From the NCBI GenBank assembly GCA_963762055.1, contig CAVXJF010000003.1, positions 115,141-179,140 on the forward strand: a stretch of 64,000 bases of DNA, written 5' to 3'. The stretch is from Vicinamibacterales bacterium (GTDB lineage: Bacteria; Acidobacteriota; Vicinamibacteria; Vicinamibacterales; JAMQPK01). This document shows positions 39,400-47,056 of this stretch, piece after piece. The position numbers and the translations under genes are program-made. Below the pieces are notes generated by a model. That model searched no databases. It was not told the origin of the DNA and worked only from the letters and a program-made list of their open reading frames with translations. Position 1 is the stretch's first letter. Each line of letters begins with the position of its first letter.

Positions 39400-40854
39400 A
39401 TGCTGGATCCAATCCGGGGCATGGGCTCTGTGCGAATCGCGATTCTCGCGGTTGTCGCGGTGGTTGTGTGCCTCCTCTTCGCATCAAAGGGCTTTCCGCC
39501 TGATCTCATACCGGCAAGGCTCGATTCGCTCGCGCCGGGCGTCGGTCGACGCGATCTGAACCTGCTTGTCATCACGCTCGACACGACGCGTGCCGATGCG
39601 ATTGGTACGTACGGCGGTCGCGCGGTCACGCCTACGTTGGATCAACTTGCGAGCACCGGAGTTGCGTTCGAGCACACCTCAACGGTCGCGCCGCTGACTC
39701 TCCCGGCACACTGCAGTCTCTTCACGGCGCTGTTTCCGCCCGGCCATCAGGTTCGCGGGAACGGACAGGTCGCGTTGGCTTCAAAGTTCGTCACGCTTGC
39801 TGAACATTTGAACGCCAGCGGATTTCGAACGGGTGCCTTCGTCAGCAGCTTCGTGCTCGATGACATGTGGGGACTCAATCAAGGGTTCGATGTCTATCGC
39901 GACCCAGATTTTCAACCAGGTCGGATCGATCGCGAGTCGCTTCGCAGCCCCGCCGGCCGCATCGTCGACGCTGCGCTTGGTTGGCTGCACGAAGTCGACA
40001 GCCGCCCGTTTTTTGCCTGGTTGCATTTCTACGATGCGCACGCGCCTGCTCGACCGCCTTCGGAATTTGCCTCGCCGAACGGCCAGGATGCCTACCTTGG
40101 CGCAATCGGTTTCATCGACTTCCAGCTCTCACGAGTGATCAACTTTCTCGACGAGCGCGGCCAGCTCGACAACACAGTCGTCGTGGTTGTGGGAGATCAC
40201 GGTGAGAGCCTCGGCGAACACGGCGAAGCCACACACGGCCTGTTTGTCTATGAATCGGTCATGCGCGTCCCCCTGATCATTCGTGCGCCGTTTGCGAACA
40301 TGCAGGGCCGCCGCGTGGGCGACACGGTCCGTATCGTTGACGTCATGCCGACGGTGCTCGATTTGCTGGGACAGACCTCAGCTCCGGCCACAGATGGTCA
40401 GACGCTGGTGCCGCTGATGAGCGGGGCCGTGAGAGAGCTAGGACTGGAGGCGTATTCCGAGTCGCGATACGGTTTCGATCGCTTCGGATGGAGTCCGCTC
40501 GCGGCGCTCCGCCAGGGCCGGTTCAAGCTGATTCTGGCTCCGCGGCCGGAATTGTACGACCTCGCATCCGACCCGCGGGAAATGTCGAATCTCTATGGCG
40601 AGCGAGCGGTACTGGCGGCGAAACTCACGCGACGACTGCAGGAGATCGAGCAACTCGCCGGCGTGCAGCGAGCAGCAGACGTGCCCGCCATAGACTCCGA
40701 CACACGCGCCCGGCTCGCGGCGCTCGGATACGCCAATGCATCCTCTTCAGGTTCACCGGTTGATCCGGCAGCGCGTCTTGCCGACCCGAAAGACCGTATC
40801 GAGCTGTATCAGCAATTCACCGAGCAGTCGCCACGGCAGGAGGGACTCCCATGA
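39400..40854 (+). CDS. Sulfatase-fold membrane-anchored protein 3
   Basis: N-terminal TM; TLDTTRAD, APLTLPAH, YDAH.P, GDHGE, RLAALGY. Confidence 0.82.
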   Translation: MLDPIRGMGSVRIAILAVVAVVVCLLFASKGFPPDLIPARLDSLAPGVGRRDLNLLVITLDTTRADAIGTYGGRAVTPTLDQLASTGVAFEHTSTVAPLTLPAHCSLFTALFPPGHQVRGNGQVALASKFVTLAEHLNASGFRTGAFVSSFVLDDMWGLNQGFDVYRDPDFQPGRIDRESLRSPAGRIVDAALGWLHEVDSRPFFAWLHFYDAHAPARPPSEFASPNGQDAYLGAIGFIDFQLSRVINFLDERGQLDNTVVVVVGDHGESLGEHGEATHGLFVYESVMRVPLIIRAPFANMQGRRVGDTVRIVDVMPTVLDLLGQTSAPATDGQTLVPLMSGAVRELGLEAYSESRYGFDRFGWSPLAALRQGRFKLILAPRPELYDLASDPREMSNLYGERAVLAAKLTRRLQEIEQLAGVQRAADVPAIDSDTRARLAALGYANASSSGSPVDPAARLADPKDRIELYQQFTEQSPRQEGLP

Positions 40855-41910
40855 ACAGCGCCCACCTCGTTTTAATCGCTGTCCTTACTGTCGTGGCGTG
40901 CGAGGAGGATAGAAAACCGCCGGTTCCAACGACTCCGACGCCCAACACGACCATCCTCTTCCCAGGGCCAAGCCTATCGAGACTGAACATTCAAGGACCG
41001 GCGCCCACAGTAGGCCCACGTCAAACGGCTGCGGTGAAGGCCGTCGCTCTCTTCTCGGACGGATCCGAACGCGATGTGACGGCCGATGCAAGATGGACAT
41101 CCACGCAGCCGGAGATCGCGACGGTGGATGGCGGCGTGATCACGGGACAGGCGCTCGGACGGACGCTGATTCGGGCAACCTACATGTCCCGCAGTGCCTC
41201 TCTGTCCATGGTGATCAAACCGGAGGGCACATTCATTTTACAGGGGACGATTACCGAGCCGGGACCGGTCAGCGTTGGAACGGCGACAGTCGCAGTGCTG
41301 AGTGGCCCGTCGCAGCAGCAAGTGACGGCGGACAGCTTTGGGTTCTATGAACTCATTGGCGTGACCGGAATGTTGACGCTTCGAGTGAGCAAGCCGGGTT
41401 ATCGCGATGAAACCACGACGCTGACCGTGACGCGAGATCAGGATCTGGATGTGCAGATTAGGCCGATCGCCGCGCCCGCTAGTGTGGCAGGAGTGTATGG
41501 CGTCACGCTCACCGTTTCCCCTTCGTGTTCGTTGGTGCCGAACGATCAGAGGACACGAACCTACACCGCCACAGTCGGACAGGCCACTGCCAGGCTGAAT
41601 ATCCAGCTTGGCGACGCTAATTTCGTCGTTGATGATAGTGGGAGGAAGAACAGTTTCGAATGGAACGGTGTTCGGCAGCACCGTCACGTTCAATTGGGGT
41701 AGCGGCGACTACTATTACTACTACTACGGCACCAGCCAAGTTCAGGAGACGCTGCCGGACGGTCAGATTCTCGGAATCTGGGGCAAAATGGTTGTCACCG
41801 CGGCGCAAACCATGTCGGGCGATCTCGTCGGCGGATTCAGTTTCCGGGAAGGCAACAGAACCAGAAGATGCTCGGCTGCAGACAGTAGAGTGGTGTTCAC
41901 ACGGAGGTAA
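40851..41910 (+). CDS. Lipoprotein with Ig-like (Big_2) and carboxypeptidase-regulatory-like domains; frameshift near 41660
   Basis: VVAC lipobox; FSDGSERDVT..A.W.S..P.IATV; ADSFGFY...VSKPGY. Confidence 0.7.
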
Positions 41911-42010
41911 TGACTGCGATTCCGGAAAGCCGACGTTGAGTCCTGAGGCCGTGGTTCGCGTCTAAAAGGGTGAAATCCCTCAGCCTCCAGGGAGGAGGCG
42001 GGGATTGGGT

Positions 42011-42757
42011 ATGATCAGCAATACTGTGACCCAAGACGACGTGACGACCCTTGCCCTGCGCGCGGGCCCGATGCCCGCTGAAGATGTGCTTCGCCTCGCC
42101 ATTGAACGGTTCGCTCCGTCGGTGGCGCTCTCGTCGAGCTTCGGCGCCGAAGACATGGTGCTCGTCGACATGATCGCGAAGATCGATCCGAAAACGCGCA
42201 TGTTCACCCTCGACACGGGGCGGTTGCCGCAGGAAACCTACAACGTCATCGACGCCACGCGCAGTCGATACGGCATCGCCATCGACGTGTATTTTCCGCA
42301 GGCCGACGCGGTGCAGAGCATGGTCGCCGAACACGGAGTGAACCTGTTCTATCACTCGGTGGACAACCGGAAGTTATGCTGCGGCGTCAGAAAAATGGAG
42401 CCGCTTCGCCGCGCCTTGTCCGGTCTCGACGCCTGGATCACCGGCCTGCGCCGCGAACAGTCCGTTACCCGCGTAGACGTTCCCAAAGTGGAATGGGATA
42501 TCGCCAACGGGCTCGTCAAGTTCAACCCGCTTGCGGAATGGAGCCACGCCGACGTGTGGAACTACATCCGCGACCACAACGTTCCGTATAACGCCCTTCA
42601 CGATCGCGGCTATCCGAGTATCGGCTGCGGCCCGTGCACCCGCGCCGTTCAGCCCGGCGAACCCGAACGCGCCGGCCGATGGTGGTGGGAGCATCCGGAC
42701 ACGAAAGAGTGTGGACTGCACGTGCAAAGTCCAGAGGCGAAAGTCGACAGTCTCTAG
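42011..42757 (+). CDS. cysH: Adenylyl-sulfate reductase CysH, [4Fe-4S]-type
   Basis: SSFGAED, LDTG, CCGVRK, TGLRREQS, SIGCGPCT, ECGLH. Confidence 0.92.
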   Translation: MISNTVTQDDVTTLALRAGPMPAEDVLRLAIERFAPSVALSSSFGAEDMVLVDMIAKIDPKTRMFTLDTGRLPQETYNVIDATRSRYGIAIDVYFPQADAVQSMVAEHGVNLFYHSVDNRKLCCGVRKMEPLRRALSGLDAWITGLRREQSVTRVDVPKVEWDIANGLVKFNPLAEWSHADVWNYIRDHNVPYNALHDRGYPSIGCGPCTRAVQPGEPERAGRWWWEHPDTKECGLHVQSPEAKVDSL

Positions 42758-42769
42758 TCGACAGTCGTC

Positions 42770-44110
42770 ATGCCCTTATTTCCGATCTTCGTGAAGCTCG
42801 AGGGACGTCAGGTCCTCCTCGTTGGTGCCGGCCCTGTTGCCGAGTCCAAACTGAGCGGGCTGATGACGGCGGGCGCGCGTGTGACGCTGGTGGCGCCGAC
42901 GGCAACCTCGGCAATCGCGGCGCTTGCAGAGCAGGGCGCCGTCTCGTGGCACAAGCGCGTGTTTCGCCCGGACGATCTCGACGGCGTCGCGCTCGTCGTC
43001 GCCGCCGTGCCGAAAGATATCGCCGCGTCGGTGTATGCGCACGCACAGCGCCGCGGCGTCCTCGTGAATTCGGTGGACGATCCGGATAACTGCGACTTCT
43101 ACTACCCGGCCGTGGTGAACCGCGGCGATTTCCAGATCGCGATCTCCACAGCGGGTCACAGCCCGGCACTGGCGCAGCGGATTCGCATCGAGCTCGAACG
43201 TCAGTTCGGCCCCGAATACGAGCGATGGATTCAGCAACTCGGAGACGCGCGGCGCGAGCTCTTCGCCAGCGAGCCGGACGCCGAGGAGCGCAAGCGGAAG
43301 CTCCACGAGCTTGCCGCCGAAGGGGCTCATCCAGCGTCGTTGCCCAGCGGGCGTGGCGGGATGGTGTATCTGGTCGGCGCGGGTCCGGGCGACCCCGAAC
43401 TGCTGACCTTGAAGGCGCTGCGCATCCTGGGGCAGGCCGATGTGGTGCTGCACGACGATCTGCTCACCGACGACATCCTCGAGTTGATTCCCTCCCATGC
43501 GCGTGTGGAATCGGTGGGAAAGCGTCACGGTGAACGGACCATCACGCAGGACGACATCAACCGGCGTCTGGTGAGATACGGGGCAGCGGGCAAGACGGTC
43601 GTGCGGCTCAAGGGAGGGGACGGCGCGATCTTCGGCCGGGCCAGCGAAGAGATCGGCGCGCTTCACGCGGCTGGTGTGGCGTTCACGATCGTCCCCGGCG
43701 TGACTGCCGCCAGCGGGGCAGCCGCAGCCGCGGGGGTATCGCTGACTGACCGCCGCGCGGGTTCTGCTCTCGTCTTTCTGACGGCGCAACGGTGCAAGGG
43801 CAATCCGCCGCCGAACTGGAAGGCGATAGCCGAGCTAGGAGGCACGGCGGCGATTTACATGCCGGGCGGCCACGAGGCGGATCTCGCGCGTCAATTGATG
43901 GATGCCGGTCTTCGGCCTGACACCACGTGCATCGTCATTGCGAGCGCGTCGCGCCCTGACGAACGTGTGGTGGAGACTACGCTGGGGCGGTTATCTGAGC
44001 TGCCCGGGCTCCCTCCGCCCGCTCTGCTGCTCATCGGGGTACTTCCCTTCCGGCAGGCACCCGCTGGCACTCCACCGGGAAATGCGGGCAAACACGCCTC
44101 GGATCATTAA
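42770..44110 (+). CDS. cysG: Siroheme synthase CysG
   Basis: VGAGPVA, N.VDDP..CDF, ISTAG.SPALA; VGAGPGDPELLT, RLKGGD. Confidence 0.92.
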   Translation: MPLFPIFVKLEGRQVLLVGAGPVAESKLSGLMTAGARVTLVAPTATSAIAALAEQGAVSWHKRVFRPDDLDGVALVVAAVPKDIAASVYAHAQRRGVLVNSVDDPDNCDFYYPAVVNRGDFQIAISTAGHSPALAQRIRIELERQFGPEYERWIQQLGDARRELFASEPDAEERKRKLHELAAEGAHPASLPSGRGGMVYLVGAGPGDPELLTLKALRILGQADVVLHDDLLTDDILELIPSHARVESVGKRHGERTITQDDINRRLVRYGAAGKTVVRLKGGDGAIFGRASEEIGALHAAGVAFTIVPGVTAASGAAAAAGVSLTDRRAGSALVFLTAQRCKGNPPPNWKAIAELGGTAAIYMPGGHEADLARQLMDAGLRPDTTCIVIASASRPDERVVETTLGRLSELPGLPPPALLLIGVLPFRQAPAGTPPGNAGKHASDH

Positions 44111-44171
44111 TTGATCTAATGAATCGTTAATGAGAATTCATTTGACATTATGACGCCCCACGCCGCAGAAT
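44104..44171 (+). promoter_or_regulatory. Promoter of the pheA-ilv-thr operon (TTGACA-N18-CAGAAT) with upstream TCATTA-N7-TAATGA dyad
   Basis: -35 at 44142-44147; AT-rich dyad 44104-44122 centred about 65 bp upstream of the predicted TSS. Confidence 0.55.
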
Positions 44172-44182
44172 AACTCCCGAAC

Positions 44183-44263
44183 ATGATGCTCCGGCCCGTC
44201 CTCAGCTTTCTTGTCACCGTCGTCGTTACGGTGACCGGCATCACCACGATGCCGGTCGACTAG
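44183..44263 (+). CDS. Attenuator leader peptide MMLRPVLSFLVTVVVTVTGITTMPVD
   Basis: 7 Val, 5 Thr, 3 Leu, 1 Ile, 1 Phe in 26 aa; stop codon overlaps the antiterminator arm. Confidence 0.85.
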   Translation: MMLRPVLSFLVTVVVTVTGITTMPVD

Positions 44264-44302
44264 CTGCGGATGTTTTAGCCTGAGTGTAGAAACGCATTAG
44301 CC

Positions 44303-44343
44303 AAAGGCCATCATCCGCAGCTCAGCGGGTGATGGCCTTTTTT
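44303..44343 (+). terminator. Attenuator terminator
   Basis: aaaggccatca-tccgc / gcggg-tgatggccttt stem plus T run; competing antiterminator agctgcggatg (44262-44272) pairs with catccgcagct (44312-44322). Confidence 0.88.
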
Positions 44344-44361
44344 ATTAGCTGGCGGACACAC

Positions 44362-45183
44362 ATGAAAATTGCCTATCAAGGCGAACCGGGCGCATACAGC
44401 GAAGCCGCGGCACTGCGGTTCAGTGAGAACGCGACGACTGTGCCCTGCGAGAGCTTCGATCAGGTGTTCGACGCCGTCGCCAGCGGCAAGACCACCCACG
44501 GGATTCTGCCGATCGAAAATTCGATTGGCGGCAGCATTCACCGCAACTACGACCTGCTGCTCGAGCACGAGCTTCCGGTCGTCGCCGAAGTGCTGCTGCA
44601 GGTGTCGCACAATCTGCTCGCGTTTCCAGGCACGAAGCTCGCGGACATCCGGAAGGTGTATTCGCATCCGCAGGGTCTCGCGCAGTGCGAGGGATTTCTC
44701 TCGAGCCTCAAAGGGGTCGAGATCGTGGCGACCTACGACACGGCGGGCAGCGCGAAGATGATTCGCGACAAGGAGCTGAAGGACACCGCCGCGATCGCCT
44801 CCTCCCGCGCGGGAGAAGTCTTCAATCTGGAATCGCTTGCCGAGGGGATTCAGGACTTCAAGGAGAACATCACCCGCTTCATCCTGATCAGCAAGGCGGC
44901 CTCCGACCCCGAAAAAGCCGACAAGACGATGATCGTCTTTACGCTGCCGAATTCGCCGGGCGCGCTGTTCAAGGCGTTGAGCGTGTTCGCGCTGCGGGAC
45001 ATCGACCTGACGAAGCTCGAGTCGCGGCCCGTGCGCGGCAGGGCTTTCGAGTACCTGTTCTACGCCGACATCGCGGTGCCGCGGCAGGACCTGCAGTGCA
45101 CGCGCGCGCTCGTCCATCTTGCCGAATTTGCCAAGTCCATGCGCACGCTGGGCTCTTACACGTCGTGGAAGGAGAAGAACTAG
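44362..45183 (+). CDS. pheA: Prephenate dehydratase
   Basis: IAYQGEPGAYSE, PIENS, SHPQ, N.TRF, LTKLESRP. Confidence 0.95.
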   Translation: MKIAYQGEPGAYSEAAALRFSENATTVPCESFDQVFDAVASGKTTHGILPIENSIGGSIHRNYDLLLEHELPVVAEVLLQVSHNLLAFPGTKLADIRKVYSHPQGLAQCEGFLSSLKGVEIVATYDTAGSAKMIRDKELKDTAAIASSRAGEVFNLESLAEGIQDFKENITRFILISKAASDPEKADKTMIVFTLPNSPGALFKALSVFALRDIDLTKLESRPVRGRAFEYLFYADIAVPRQDLQCTRALVHLAEFAKSMRTLGSYTSWKEKN

Positions 45184-46857
45184 GTGGATAACCCGCTCAA
45201 ACCGCGCAGTGGAGCGATTACCGACGGCCCGAGCCGCGCGCCCGCCCGCGCCATGCTGAAAGCCGTGGGCTTTTCGGACGCCGATCTGCGGAAGCCGATC
45301 ATCGGCGTCGCCAACACCTGGATCGAAATCGGGCCCTGCAACTATCACCTGCGCACGCTCGCTGAATACGTCAAGGAAGGCATCCGCCAGGCCGGCGGCA
45401 CGCCGATGGAATTCAACACCGTCTCCATCTCCGACGGCATCACGATGGGCAGCCAGGGGATGAAAACGTCCCTGATCAGCCGCGATCTGATCGCCGATTC
45501 CATCGAGCTCGTCGCGCGCGGAAACCTGTTCGACGGTCTCATCGCGCTGTCAGGCTGCGACAAGACGATTCCCGGCACGATCATGGCGCTCGCGCGCCTC
45601 GATATTCCCGGCGTGATGCTCTACGGCGGATCGATCGCGCCCGGCGAATATCACGGCAGGAAGATCACGATTCAGGATGTGTTCGAGGCCGTCGGCGCGC
45701 ACGCCGCTGGGCGGATGTCCGACGCAGATCTTCTGACCGTCGAAAACCAGGCCTGTCCCGGCGCCGGAGCCTGCGGCGGGCAGTTCACCGCGAACACCAT
45801 GTCGACGGTCGGCGAGTTCCTCGGCATTTCGGCCATGGGATTCAACGACGTTCCGGCGCTCGACCCGGAAAAGCAGCGCATCGGCCGCGAAGCCGGCGCG
45901 CTGGTGATGGACCTGCTGAAGCGCAACGTTCGGCCGCGGCAGCTCATCACACGCGATTCGATCGAAAACGCGATCGCCTCGGTCGCCGCGACCGGCGGTT
46001 CCACCAATGCCGTCCTGCACCTGCTGGCCATCGCGCGTGAGGCCGAGGTCGAGTTGAACATCGACGATTTCGATCGCATCAGCGCCAAAGTTCCTCTCCT
46101 GGCCGACCTCAAGCCGAGCGGGCGCTTCGTCGCGACCGACATGTACAAAGCAGGTGGCGCCCGCCTGATTGCGAAACGGCTGAAGGATGCCGGTATTCTC
46201 AAGACATCGGCGCCGACGGTGACCGGGCGGTCGATCGGGGAAGAAGCAGACCGCGTCAGCGAGCCGAAAGATCAGGAAGTCGTGCGGCCGCTCTCGAATC
46301 CGATGAGCCCGAATGGCGGCCTGGCGATCCTGCACGGCAATCTTGCGCCCGAAGGCGCGGTCGTGAAGATCGCCGGCAAGAAAGTGCTGACTTTCCGCGG
46401 TACCGCGCGCGTATTCGACAACGAAGAGTCCGCGTTCGAGGCGGTCGACAAAAGTCAGATCAAACCGGGCGACGTCGTCGTCATTCGGTATGAAGGACCC
46501 AAAGGCGGTCCGGGCATGCGCGAGATGCTCGCCGTGACCGGGGCCCTGCAGGGCCAGGGGCTCGGCGAAACGGTGGCGCTCCTGACCGACGGAAGGTTTT
46601 CAGGCGCGACGCACGGCCTGATGGCGGGGCACATCGCACCCGAAGCCGCTGCGGGCGGTCCGATTGCCGCCGTGCGCGATGGCGACACCATCGTGTTCGA
46701 CATTCCCAACCGGGAATTGCGGCTCGAATTGAGCGACGAGGAAATTTCGAAACGAATGGCCGGATGGAAGGCACCCGCGCCACAGTTCCTGACGGGCGTG
46801 ATGGCGAAATACGCGAAGCTGGTTTCGTCGGCGTCATTGGGAGCGGTCACTAATTAG
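45184..46857 (+). CDS. ilvD: Dihydroxy-acid dehydratase
   Basis: PCN, SDGITMG, GCDKTIPG, ACGGQFTANTM, GGSTN, TDGRFSG. Confidence 0.96.
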   Translation: MDNPLKPRSGAITDGPSRAPARAMLKAVGFSDADLRKPIIGVANTWIEIGPCNYHLRTLAEYVKEGIRQAGGTPMEFNTVSISDGITMGSQGMKTSLISRDLIADSIELVARGNLFDGLIALSGCDKTIPGTIMALARLDIPGVMLYGGSIAPGEYHGRKITIQDVFEAVGAHAAGRMSDADLLTVENQACPGAGACGGQFTANTMSTVGEFLGISAMGFNDVPALDPEKQRIGREAGALVMDLLKRNVRPRQLITRDSIENAIASVAATGGSTNAVLHLLAIAREAEVELNIDDFDRISAKVPLLADLKPSGRFVATDMYKAGGARLIAKRLKDAGILKTSAPTVTGRSIGEEADRVSEPKDQEVVRPLSNPMSPNGGLAILHGNLAPEGAVVKIAGKKVLTFRGTARVFDNEESAFEAVDKSQIKPGDVVVIRYEGPKGGPGMREMLAVTGALQGQGLGETVALLTDGRFSGATHGLMAGHIAPEAAAGGPIAAVRDGDTIVFDIPNRELRLELSDEEISKRMAGWKAPAPQFLTGVMAKYAKLVSSASLGAVTN

Positions 46858-46934
46858 CCGGTAGCCAGTAGCCGGTAGCTGGTAGTCCTGAGGCTGGTAG
46901 CTGGTGGCCTCAGCGGTGGCTAGTAGCTGGTAGC
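46854..46934. repeat. Heptamer tandem repeat TAGCYRG
   Basis: tagccgg tagccag tagccgg tagctgg ... Confidence 0.75.
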
Positions 46935-47014
46935 GAGTGGGGGTGGGCCCCTACACGGAACGATCACCAAGCAGAAAGGTGATCACTTCAAGATCCGGAG
47001 CGTAAGCGACGGTA

Positions 47015-47039
47015 GCGCGCGGGGGTGGGGCCCCGCGCG
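47015..47039 (+). repeat. GGGGGTGGGGCCCC hairpin element upstream of the ilvB RBS
   Basis: gcgcgggggtggggccccgcgc; related copies at 20427-20491, 46938-46957, 48852-48875. Confidence 0.7.
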
Positions 47040-47056
47040 GATTAAAAAGAGGACAC

